Under the pieces are notes generated by a model. It had not been told where the DNA came from. It searched no databases and was given only the letters and a program-made list of their open reading frames with translations. The translations under genes were made by a program, and so were the position numbers. From Candidatus Poribacteria bacterium (GTDB taxonomy: Bacteria > Poribacteria > WGA-4E > PCPOR2b): a DNA stretch of 64,000 nt. The stretch spans positions 4,608,001 through 4,672,000 of the forward strand of contig OZ244587.1 of the NCBI GenBank assembly GCA_965218095.1. The letters run 5' to 3'. This document shows, one piece after another, positions 39,782 through 49,008 of this stretch (position 1 is the stretch's first letter; every line of letters starts with the position of its first letter).

Positions 39782-40669
39782 CTAATATCCCCTTTTCACA
39801 TGGCCCCAGGTGGTTGTGAGTTTATCGGCAGGCTCAACAGCCAAAAAATCTATGAAGTTCGTACGAACCCCACCCGCGCCAAGCGCCTTGTCATACACCC
39901 GGATGATACTGAGTGAACCGTTGAAGCTCTCCCCGTTGCGGTCCCAGTCAAGTTGTCCAAGGAAAACCATGTTCTGATCCATAACCTCAGGCACGAAGGC
40001 CACATCCACGTCGTGCAACTTTTGCGCCTTGCCATCTATGTAGGACTGGAGTGTTTTGCCATCACCCTTGTATTCGACCGCAAACTGGCGCCACTCTCCT
40101 GTTCCGATACCCTCTTCGGTTCTGAAAGTCAGAATTTTGCCCTGTGGCACTTTGACCTTGAAGACTATCTGCCCCGCTGCCCCATCTGCTACGAACATAC
40201 GAATATACTGCACGTTGGGGGCATCGAGTTCAAATACGCGTGCCGCTTGATCTACCTTCTCCGACCCGAGGCCGAAGTAGGCAAGTCCGTTCTCGTCGCC
40301 CTGTTCCCACGCTTCGCCGTTGCGCCTCAACCAGATCTCAATGGTCCAGCTCGTCCCCAGCTTGAAGTGCGAAGCGGTGCCGCGTATTGAGCCGAAGGAG
40401 CTAGACGGTACCTCGCTGGTGTAATGTGCCGGCTCGTCACCCTCGGCCTTTACGTGTTTGGGCGGAGGTGGGATTTTCGACCAGTTGTCTGCATTTAGGG
40501 CAAATTTTCCGCCGGACGTGCCATCATTCCCCCAAAACAATGGCCTAGCATTCTCGCTCGCCGCGTTAAGCTCTATCTGGGCGCCAGGGGCAACACCGAA
40601 TGCCATTGAACCGGCCATTGTCAAGACAAATGCCGCGCTCAGAATTGAAATCGGTTTTAGGCGTATCAT
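39782..40669 (-). CDS. Exported LamG-like protein with C-terminal WG-K motif
   Basis: More diverged paralog; WTIEIWLRRNG, QYIRM, FNGSL..IRVYD; ends AVEPADKLTTTWGHVKRGY. Confidence 0.88.
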   Translation of the reverse strand: MIRLKPISILSAAFVLTMAGSMAFGVAPGAQIELNAASENARPLFWGNDGTSGGKFALNADNWSKIPPPPKHVKAEGDEPAHYTSEVPSSSFGSIRGTASHFKLGTSWTIEIWLRRNGEAWEQGDENGLAYFGLGSEKVDQAARVFELDAPNVQYIRMFVADGAAGQIVFKVKVPQGKILTFRTEEGIGTGEWRQFAVEYKGDGKTLQSYIDGKAQKLHDVDVAFVPEVMDQNMVFLGQLDWDRNGESFNGSLSIIRVYDKALGAGGVRTNFIDFLAVEPADKLTTTWGHVKRGY

Positions 40670-41053
40670 TTTATATCCTCTTGTATCGTAAGTAACTATG
40701 CGAAATATTCTTGCACTTTTGATCCTGCAAGAAACTACACACCACAAAAAACCGTTCAAATTTTATCAGAAAACGAAAATTTTGTCAATCCTTAACTTTA
40801 AAACTCAGGTGGATCGGAGTAAACTCTGCTCAGATTCATCGGAGGGAGCACGTTGCTTATTCTCCCTGCTCCTTTTCTACCCTGTTTCCCCTCTGAATAC
40901 GCACGACGCCCAATGCCTATCGGTTTGGGATAAACACTGGAACTTCCTAAGTGCGATCGCCCTGAGGTAAGGAGGGATTAATACGAGTTTTTCACTGAGC
41001 GGTTGGAGCCAGGATATGCCTGATTTTCCCCTACAACTGAAAAAGTCGTAGAA

Positions 41054-42025
41054 TTAGGGTGTAAGTGCGCAGCGAAAACCAACGTTGTTGCGCGTGTCCG
41101 TTGGGTCGCGGCTGTTGCGGCTCGCCACGCGCAAGTGACGAAAATGGAGGTTCCAACTCCCGCCGCGAAGGACGCGCACTGTATTAACACTTGTGAAACT
41201 ATTGTTCATAAAAGATATTAGCCCGCCTGCAATCGGGTTCTCCTTCGGACTGTTCGCATAAAAGCCTGACTGGTACTCATCCATGCACCACTCCCAGACG
41301 TTCCCCGCCATGTCGTGCAAGCCATAGCCGTTGGGTGGGAAGCTGCCGACGGGAGAAGTTCGTTCCCACTGCTTGGCTCCCTCTGCGCCGAGATAATTGG
41401 CGTTATCCTGAGAGATCTCATTGCCCCACGGATACCGCTTACCGTCTAATCCACCACGAGCGGCTTTCTCCCACTCTGCTTCGGTGGGCAGGCGTTTCTC
41501 CGCCCACTGGGCATAAGCAGCGGCGCCATACCAGCTCACCTTAGTTACCGGATGATCCGCGAAGCCCGCCTTCGGGCGATACTCTCCGTAAACCAATTTA
41601 ATCAACGCGTTTGCGTCGTCAACCTCCAACCATTCTTTTCCATCATCCCCCACATGCTGACTGACAGCATTGAGGAACTTCGCGTACTGGGCGTTGGTCA
41701 CTTCGTAAACGTCGAGGTAGAAATCGTCGAGATAGACGGAATGTCGAGGCACTTCATCTTCAAAAGATGAACGTTGAACTGCAAAGAAAGCAAAGTCAAG
41801 CACTAATTGATCAGCCTCTGCTTCGGTAGTTCCCATCTCAAACTCCCCGGCGGGGATGAGCTGCATCGTCGCGGTCGCGTCATCCTTTTCGGTGATAATT
41901 TCTTCCGGGTTCTGAGGTGGCGTATCTTCTTCAGTCAATAGGTCGGGTGTATCGTTAGCACAGCCCGTCAATAAAAGGCAGGGCAAGGAAAAGGCGCATA
42001 TTGAGATGACTGTAAATTTCCACAT
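41054..42025 (-). CDS. Lipoprotein with FGE-sulfatase (C-type-lectin-fold) domain, no PKD
   Basis: LTGC lipobox; RLPTEAEWEKAARGG, GNVWEW, RVLRGGSW...R.N.VGFRC. Confidence 0.92.
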   Translation of the reverse strand: MWKFTVISICAFSLPCLLLTGCANDTPDLLTEEDTPPQNPEEIITEKDDATATMQLIPAGEFEMGTTEAEADQLVLDFAFFAVQRSSFEDEVPRHSVYLDDFYLDVYEVTNAQYAKFLNAVSQHVGDDGKEWLEVDDANALIKLVYGEYRPKAGFADHPVTKVSWYGAAAYAQWAEKRLPTEAEWEKAARGGLDGKRYPWGNEISQDNANYLGAEGAKQWERTSPVGSFPPNGYGLHDMAGNVWEWCMDEYQSGFYANSPKENPIAGGLISFMNNSFTSVNTVRVLRGGSWNLHFRHLRVASRNSRDPTDTRNNVGFRCALTP

Positions 42026-42288
42026 TGATTCGAACTCCTTAAAGGTTGGAAGTAATCATAACAGATGCCGGTTGAGTCGCGTACTAGGGCTGGATTGAGC
42101 GGTGAATTGGTAGGCAAAACCATATCGAAACAAGTATCGAACAGTTTTTCAACTTTGTTGCTTTCAGCCCCCTTCACCTCTTCGACTGTACTATTGCTAA
42201 ATCCGTGAGAAAATCCGTTTGGCGGCCCTCGATGCCCTGCCGCGTCGTTCAGCGATACAAGCTCTTCATCAGTCCTGAACGATTACGA

Positions 42289-44196
42289 TTAGATAAACCG
42301 ATTAAGCAGATTTCTGCCGAGAAGCGTTCCCAACAAGCCCCAGAAGCTCACCATGACGAAGTCCCCCAGAACAAGACCGATGAAAAATACGCTTGCCCTG
42401 CGATGAAGGGCTAACCCACCAAATTTCAAGATAATCCATTTTAAGAGCCAGCTTATGAATATCGAAAACCAGAGGATTCCAGACGACGGCCAGGGCCCGC
42501 CGAGAAGATATCCCATCGGGTGGAACGGCCACCAGATAAAGACGCGGTGCATAAAAAGTAAAAAGAACCCGATAAAGGCGCCAAACCCCATTGTAACCAG
42601 GGAAAGGACATCCGCGGGCTGGGGGTAGAGAAGCCGGTTCGTCAGCATATTGAATATGCTCCACTGGTCGCTGCCGGCATGGGGACCGCCCTTTATCTGA
42701 TATGAAGAATGGAGTACCGCCCAGCATGCGGCAAACGTGCCGATGATAATCGCCAGAACCATCCCCCAAATCAACATTTTATCTATCTTGAGCCGCATCC
42801 GCTCGGCCATCTTAAACGTCTCCAGTTGATAAGGTTGTGGGTTGCCCCTGTGACCACTGGTCAGAAAATAGAGAAAGGGAAACAGCGTCAAACTCTTGGG
42901 GCCAATCCGGCGAGTTCCCACAGCTGCCACCACGATGAGATCACTCCAGAGCCCCTCATGCATCGGATAGCCGACCTCCGCTCGGATGCGCGTGACAACC
43001 AGCGAAATGGCGAAGAAAATCAGGAAGAACATCGCAGCTACCCAGACTTTCATCCCCGCATAGGAAAGAAACCCCACCAGATATCCGAAGCTCAGGAGAA
43101 GCCCTAAAACCGCCCATCTATACCCCTTTAACTCAGCGGCGTCTCCCTCAGTATGACCGAAAAAGCTTCTTAGGATCTTCAACGCCTGAAACCGATACAT
43201 CCAGAGGGAAAAAAGCAGGATGGCAGCGGAAGTGCCGACGGCCTGTTCCCATTCGAACGGAAATCCCTGCAAGGCCCCCACCCCTGTGAGCCTTCCCAGT
43301 ACCCGCTCAAAACGCCAGACCCAATAGAAAAACCACATGGAGAAGGACATCTCCAGCGGCATGAAATAAGCTAAACCAATCACAAAGGGATGAAAAGCTC
43401 CGCTAACCCCGCCAAGGGCGTCCCATGGCCGGGTCGTGAAGTATTGACTCAACGAGAACCCCTCAACGAGGATGCCCGGAACATTCGGGTAGAGATAGTG
43501 AAAGCCGTTTATCAAGGTCCTCCCGGCGGCGAGGGCAAACCCTATCCATAAAAGCCCGCTCTTGAACAGCCCTGCGCCTTTGTCTATCATCTCCAGAGGG
43601 ATTTGCGTCAGCGGATAGGAGAGTCTTTCATGCTCTATCCATTGACGACGCACCAGAATCGTTGTGCAGAGCATAAATAACACCGCCGCTATGGTCACCA
43701 TAGCCCATGCGATGGAAGGGATGAGCCATGTCCTTATATATTCCTTCACGTAGAGGGTGCTTTCACCTGTGTAATATCCATCGAGGACCAACTTATCGCT
43801 GACCACGAGCCATCTGGGGATGTAGGGATGAAAAAGCTTCCACTCGTTTTCCGGCGTCGCGTAATAGAAGGCATGCCCCAGCCCAGGATAGAGATGTTGA
43901 AGCATGTCATGCCCGGCGAGTCCAGATGAGATGGATAACATCGCATGCAGGAGCAGCATCTCCGTCTTGGTCAGGGCAACCGAAGGGAGAAACCGCTTGA
44001 GGGGGATGTTCAGGAAGCACAGGACGAAGAGGATTGAGACAACGTTCATGAAGAGGGAGAAACGGGTGAAATTCACCCCGTATCCGAGATAACCCGTATG
44101 TATCACCCACAGGGTGTTCAACGGCATAAGGATCAGGGTGAAAAAAATGAGTTTTATCGTTGTAAAGGAACCCGCTCTATGTCTCTTTTTATCCAA
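42289..44196 (-). CDS. Large polytopic membrane protein (DUF6785/DUF6784-like, putative transporter)
   Basis: Many TM segments; RRQW...ERL.YPL, RIRAE.G.P, WWPFHP.GY, W.LK..IL.FGG and FF.GL.LG-type motifs. Confidence 0.75.
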   Translation of the reverse strand: MDKKRHRAGSFTTIKLIFFTLILMPLNTLWVIHTGYLGYGVNFTRFSLFMNVVSILFVLCFLNIPLKRFLPSVALTKTEMLLLHAMLSISSGLAGHDMLQHLYPGLGHAFYYATPENEWKLFHPYIPRWLVVSDKLVLDGYYTGESTLYVKEYIRTWLIPSIAWAMVTIAAVLFMLCTTILVRRQWIEHERLSYPLTQIPLEMIDKGAGLFKSGLLWIGFALAAGRTLINGFHYLYPNVPGILVEGFSLSQYFTTRPWDALGGVSGAFHPFVIGLAYFMPLEMSFSMWFFYWVWRFERVLGRLTGVGALQGFPFEWEQAVGTSAAILLFSLWMYRFQALKILRSFFGHTEGDAAELKGYRWAVLGLLLSFGYLVGFLSYAGMKVWVAAMFFLIFFAISLVVTRIRAEVGYPMHEGLWSDLIVVAAVGTRRIGPKSLTLFPFLYFLTSGHRGNPQPYQLETFKMAERMRLKIDKMLIWGMVLAIIIGTFAACWAVLHSSYQIKGGPHAGSDQWSIFNMLTNRLLYPQPADVLSLVTMGFGAFIGFFLLFMHRVFIWWPFHPMGYLLGGPWPSSGILWFSIFISWLLKWIILKFGGLALHRRASVFFIGLVLGDFVMVSFWGLLGTLLGRNLLNRFI

Positions 44197-44348
44197 TGGT
44201 CTCCCACCTTCTCATTCACACCAAACATCATCGTATTTCAACAAGGCTTCCCATATGCTTTCAAATACGCCGGCTTGGACCCACCGCCGAAAACGGTGCG
44301 TACCGTTGAGCTTGGGACATTAGTCTTTAGCACTACAACGAAATTTTT

Positions 44349-44381
44349 GTAGGAGAACAAGCTGCTAGCTTGTTCTCCTAC
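44349..44381. repeat. GTAG-type perfect palindrome (REP-like, possible terminator)
   Basis: GTAGGAGAACAAGCT-GCT-AGCTTGTTCTCCTAC. Confidence 0.75.
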
Positions 44382-44421
44382 AGCGCGGATCTTGGAAGAT
44401 AACCGCGCGGCTCAAGGAACG

Positions 44422-46281
44422 CTAATACCAGTTGAGACTCTCGTTAGAGACAAATCGCCTCACCTTTCGCCAGCGGGGGTTGTCGTCACGATAGTGCTGG
44501 CGCTGATAGAGCGGACAGTACTTCCCTGGCGGATCAATTGCCACGACCTCATTCCCCTTGCGCACCACGACATATCGACGCTTCTCCACGTGCACCTCCT
44601 CCGTTTGTTCAGCGATGGGGAATGTCACTGTGGCTATGTTCCCCGGATGCAGACTGCCGACTTGAGCATATCGACCATCCCATCCGATGTTCCGGTCGGC
44701 GCCGTTCACTTGGACGCGTGTGTCTTTGGGTGTGACCCACTCCGGAATGCGAACGGACAGATCCACCGATTGCTTCGCCTTTATCTCCACACGCCCTTGA
44801 TAAGGAATATAGCTGTCGATATCCGCCCACCTCGAAGCCCGGTTCAGAAGCAAGTTTACTTTGAGCTTGCCATCCTTGTAGGTGAGGGTACGGTCCCAAA
44901 TAAGATACAAGGCACGCGCCCCATTTGCTGTACAGCAGTGCATGATACCGGCACCATTGCCGACATACCAATCGTTGGCGGCAGGCCAGCCCGCGAAGGC
45001 GCCCAAATTGCACTCCCCCACCCGATCAGTGGACTGAAAGGTGGCATCCATCTGACTCGGAATGGCATGACGCGGTTGGGGCTTGGTCCAGCCCGCCTCG
45101 GGCAAACGGTTAATCCAGTCTGTTCTGAGCAACTGCCCCTCGGCAAACATATTGCGCACCCACCGGTCAGCTTCATCCCAGTAGTCACCTACCCCTTCCT
45201 CGCTAAGTCGTAAGGCGAGCGAGATCATGTCGGAGACCTCACAGATCTCGGACGTCTGGTATTCTGGACTGTTGGCAAACTCCGGAAAATAGCCAAGCAG
45301 CGTATTACCTTGGGTCTTAGCATATTCATAGCTCTTCAGCACAAACTCCATCAGTTCTTGGTCATTTGTGACCAGCGAATACTCCATCATTGACAGGAGA
45401 CCGTGGGTGTGGGCGTGAAAGTGAGCATTCATCGGAGTGTTCGGCAGACAAAGGTAGGTACCGTCAGGGGTGAAAAAGTTCTCAACTTGGTAAGTAATCA
45501 ACTTACGAGCCAGCGCCAGGGCAGGTTCATAGTCGATTTGTTTGTAGGCGTGCACTAAACCAAGGGGAACTCGCGAGCTTTCCGCGTCGTGGCGGTGACT
45601 CACCGGTGGTGAAACATCCGTTGGATGCGTCTTCTCGCCGCACAAAGGGCTTGGCCAGAAGTAGGCACCGTGCCCATCGTCCACAGCCAGCTCGATAAGG
45701 CCATCCACCAAACGGCGGATCGCCTCTTTCCACATCGTGCCGCTATCGCGTATGGAATACAGTGACATCGTGCTCAGCGTCCGACCATTGGTGAAAGGAT
45801 GAATCCATTGATCAACATCAGCTAATCGGTGAACCCAGGGGTCGGAATTTCTGTGATAGGCCCAAGGGCGGCCCCTCACAGGAATGTAGATAAGTCCATC
45901 GGGCCCTTGCTGTTTTAGCATTATCTCCATCCAGCGACGTTCTACGTGAAGGTTCTGTTCACTGCCACTCATCATTCGCATCAAGGACAGAGCCTCTTGA
46001 AATTTGGGCGTAATCGAATGGTCGACCCAGTTATTCTCCATCATAGGGGGAGTGCTGCGGAAAAAGACCAACCAGTAGATCTCATAGTCTGCCAGAGGGT
46101 TGGTAGGTTCAGTCATACCATGGACAGCTAAAGTCGCTCGTTCAGCCAGATCCAACGTGTCAGGTACCAGTACTTCGTAACTCTCGCCGCGATAAGATGG
46201 CAAATCAAACACGGGTATCTCCGACCGAATGTAACCAATGGGATCACCCGGCTTCCAGTTTTGATTATAGTTTGTAGACAT
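44422..46281 (-). CDS. GH127/DUF1680-like glycoside hydrolase homolog
   Basis: HFHAH, E.CE..D, RN...E.Q, HCC..NG.RALY, PY.G.V, RIPEW, GN.VV.IDP.G motifs; start MSTNY. Confidence 0.7.
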   Translation of the reverse strand: MSTNYNQNWKPGDPIGYIRSEIPVFDLPSYRGESYEVLVPDTLDLAERATLAVHGMTEPTNPLADYEIYWLVFFRSTPPMMENNWVDHSITPKFQEALSLMRMMSGSEQNLHVERRWMEIMLKQQGPDGLIYIPVRGRPWAYHRNSDPWVHRLADVDQWIHPFTNGRTLSTMSLYSIRDSGTMWKEAIRRLVDGLIELAVDDGHGAYFWPSPLCGEKTHPTDVSPPVSHRHDAESSRVPLGLVHAYKQIDYEPALALARKLITYQVENFFTPDGTYLCLPNTPMNAHFHAHTHGLLSMMEYSLVTNDQELMEFVLKSYEYAKTQGNTLLGYFPEFANSPEYQTSEICEVSDMISLALRLSEEGVGDYWDEADRWVRNMFAEGQLLRTDWINRLPEAGWTKPQPRHAIPSQMDATFQSTDRVGECNLGAFAGWPAANDWYVGNGAGIMHCCTANGARALYLIWDRTLTYKDGKLKVNLLLNRASRWADIDSYIPYQGRVEIKAKQSVDLSVRIPEWVTPKDTRVQVNGADRNIGWDGRYAQVGSLHPGNIATVTFPIAEQTEEVHVEKRRYVVVRKGNEVVAIDPPGKYCPLYQRQHYRDDNPRWRKVRRFVSNESLNWY

Positions 46282-46626
46282 CTGCTTCCTCCTATAAGAA
46301 AAGTGAAAAGTCAGAAACAAGGAGAACAAGGGACTACCCCCGATAAATCAGGGTAGAGCCTGGTCTCGCATAGCGGACTCCGAGAATCGGAGAGCGTTGC
46401 CCTCCCGGGGGGGGGTAGCAAACCATCAATCTTCACGTATGTTTCATAGACAACCTGGACGGTTATACTCATGTAGGTTATTATTTGTGAATTTCTATGT
46501 GAAGAGATATCGCATCCAGGAAGAAAGGGAAGGAGGAGAAGGAATGGAAGAAAGGCGAAATTCCTTCCTTTCCCTCCATTCTTCCTTTCCTTCCAAACTT
46601 GAAATTATAAGTTCACATTTCTCGTT

Positions 46627-47646
46627 TTACGGCTCTTCAGGCTTACCCTCATCGGATTCGGGTTGAGGGGCGGAATCATCAGTAGCAGGAGGTTCGCCTT
46701 CTGATTCCTCCTCTGCCTTCGGTGTTTCGGGGATTCGATCTGGGAAGGTTTGAACCTTCGCCCGCTCGTGGAGCCGCATTAGCCACTCGTTCATGAGGTT
46801 TTCACGCTTTTGACGTTCAGCGCCGCTTTCCACATTTCGGCGGACACGGTCTTCTTCAAGCGTCCGTTGGCGTGCTTCTTTGTGTTCCTCCTTACGGAAG
46901 ATCATGTAATATTGCACCTCTCGGATTTCGATGGACAGGATCTCCTCGGCCATTTGACCGGCTTCCAGAGCAAACGCCGCATCAGCGAAAGCTTTTGCCC
47001 TCGCAGCATAGGCAGAATGACTGAAAAAGCCGGTGTCGCCCGGATTTTTGGGATTTGCCGCAGGTCCCGCCGTCAATTCTCCTCCATCCGATAGTTCTTT
47101 GGCAACTTTCTTGATGTCCTCCCCATTCTTGATCCGCTGGAAGATTTCATTCGCTCGCTCTTCGTCCGCGAGGGTAATGCATGTCAGGCGCACCTGCTCT
47201 GCCTCGATATAATCGCTCTTATTCTCTTCATAGTAAAGCCGGTAGTCTTCCTCGGTCAACTTGAGTTTTTGATCAACTTCCTGTCCTGTGATTCTATCAA
47301 TCATCAGTTCGTGAAAGTACTCCTGCACATTCTTCAGGATTTCGGGATCTTCATCAAGCTTCTTCTCTTTGGCAAGGAAGAGGATCAAACGACTCTCTGC
47401 CATGAGGTTTATGTATTCCTCAAGTCCCGCTTTATCTTGATACTGTGGTTGCTTGTACTCAGGAAGTTCGCTAATCTCCTGTTGCAGCTCTTCAAGCGTG
47501 ATATGGTGTTTCCCGTTCCATTCAAACTCAACAACTACAGTTCCATCAGCCCCGGTTGCCTTTCCACCACAGCCGTTGAAAGAGATGCCAGCGACAGCGG
47601 CGCTGAATAAGATGAAACTCATGATTCCTAATGTCTTCATAGTCAT
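46627..47646 (-). CDS. PpiC/parvulin-type peptidyl-prolyl isomerase (PrsA/SurA-like) lipoprotein
   Basis: FNGC lipobox, I...EL, L...AK...LD, YY..NK..Y, A.E.S, GDTGFF, F.DAAFAL..G. Confidence 0.85.
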   Translation of the reverse strand: MTMKTLGIMSFILFSAAVAGISFNGCGGKATGADGTVVVEFEWNGKHHITLEELQQEISELPEYKQPQYQDKAGLEEYINLMAESRLILFLAKEKKLDEDPEILKNVQEYFHELMIDRITGQEVDQKLKLTEEDYRLYYEENKSDYIEAEQVRLTCITLADEERANEIFQRIKNGEDIKKVAKELSDGGELTAGPAANPKNPGDTGFFSHSAYAARAKAFADAAFALEAGQMAEEILSIEIREVQYYMIFRKEEHKEARQRTLEEDRVRRNVESGAERQKRENLMNEWLMRLHERAKVQTFPDRIPETPKAEEESEGEPPATDDSAPQPESDEGKPEEP

Positions 47647-47907
47647 ACCTCCTTAGATTTTGAGTGGTGCGTGAAAAGCCTTATGTATACTGCGATTTGA
47701 CTTTGTTACATTTGCCCTCCGGCCCCCAATTCTGAGGGAGTTTGTGCGATTCTCCCTCCAGCATTGGGGGGCCGGGGGAGGGCAAGCTGCCAGTGGATTG
47801 GCCGATGAGCCCTCATACAAAGTCAAGATAAATTACACTTTCGCAAAGTCGCAACGATATCAGTTCTGACCTGCAGCAATATATTACGCATGAGGTTTTA
47901 CGTTTCG

Positions 47908-48864
47908 CTATTCCTCAGATTTTTCCTTTTTGGCATCTTCCTCCGCTGGTGGAGGCACCGGAATGCGGTCTGGATAAACCTTGATCTTACCTTTCCTTAT
48001 GATCCCTTCTACCCATTCCTTGAGGCGTTCTCGTTTCTTCTCTTTTGCCACGTCCCACTCAATATTCTCCTTAACCTCTTCAAAAGGTTGTTGGCGCTTA
48101 GGTTTGTACTCTTCCTTGCGGAAGAACACATAATAGGTCTCATCCTCGATTTCGACTTCAAAAACGCGGTCAGGTATTTCGCCAATCTCCGCTTCAAAGA
48201 CTGCGTCGACAAACTCCTGCCAATGCGGGTAAGCATTTCGGGTAAAGAAGGCCGTATCACTCGGATCGGTCGGGTTGGGGCCTGGCAGAGCCAGTTTTCC
48301 TTTTCTCGAAAGTTCCTCCGCCATGTCAATGATGTCTTTACCTCCCTTAATCTGCTCTAATACTTCATACGCGAAATCTTCATCGGTGAGTGAGATGGAG
48401 GTTGCCCGCGCTTTGGCCTTCTGCACAAACTCGTCTTTGTGCACCTCGTAATACGCCCGGAGCTCCGCGTCCGTAACGGAAATCTTCTCATCAACTTCAA
48501 TTTCTGTCAAGCGCTCGATCATAAGTGTGTGTTTATAGTTTTCTACTTTTTTGAGCAATTCCTCGTTTTTATCGAATCCCGCATCAGCAGCCGCGAGGCG
48601 TTTTAGCTTTTCGTTGATGGATTCCTCAAGATATGTTACTTTATCTTTTTTGGATTCGTATTTTGATCGGCGGTAATCCGGCTCATCTGCAATCATTGCG
48701 TTGAGCGCTGCAAGCGGAATCTTTTGCGTGCCGTTCCACTCGTATTGAGCCACAATAATCTGGCTTTCATCCATAGGCCCGGCGGCATTTTGCGACTGGA
48801 CAATCTGCCAACCCATTAAACCGATTGCCGCAATCGCGACGAGAACTATCAATGTTTTTTTCAT
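47908..48864 (-). CDS. PpiC/parvulin-type peptidyl-prolyl isomerase (PrsA/SurA-like), signal/TM anchored
   Basis: Paralog of the adjacent gene; VTDAELRAYYE.HK.EF, F.DAVF....GEI, PFEEVK..I. Confidence 0.85.
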   Translation of the reverse strand: MKKTLIVLVAIAAIGLMGWQIVQSQNAAGPMDESQIIVAQYEWNGTQKIPLAALNAMIADEPDYRRSKYESKKDKVTYLEESINEKLKRLAAADAGFDKNEELLKKVENYKHTLMIERLTEIEVDEKISVTDAELRAYYEVHKDEFVQKAKARATSISLTDEDFAYEVLEQIKGGKDIIDMAEELSRKGKLALPGPNPTDPSDTAFFTRNAYPHWQEFVDAVFEAEIGEIPDRVFEVEIEDETYYVFFRKEEYKPKRQQPFEEVKENIEWDVAKEKKRERLKEWVEGIIRKGKIKVYPDRIPVPPPAEEDAKKEKSEE

Positions 48865-49008
48865 TGTGTGTTTCTCCTTCCTGATTCACATAAAAAGCGA
48901 AAATACTGTTTTCGCGGTCAGTTAGGGTGGGTTAGCTTGAGGGAACGCTTTGGGGGTGATCCCTCCGATATTCAATAGAAGTACCGAGAATCCTTAACCA
49001 GTGTCATT

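Noticed and set aside
31109-42025. A complete diversity-generating retroelement
   Set aside because: No reverse transcriptase, avd gene or non-coding AAC-rich template repeat is visible in the window; only target-like genes are present.
31109-42025. True formylglycine-generating enzymes (sulfatase maturases)
   Set aside because: The catalytic Cys pair after RGGS is absent, the proteins are lipoproteins, and no sulfatase is nearby.
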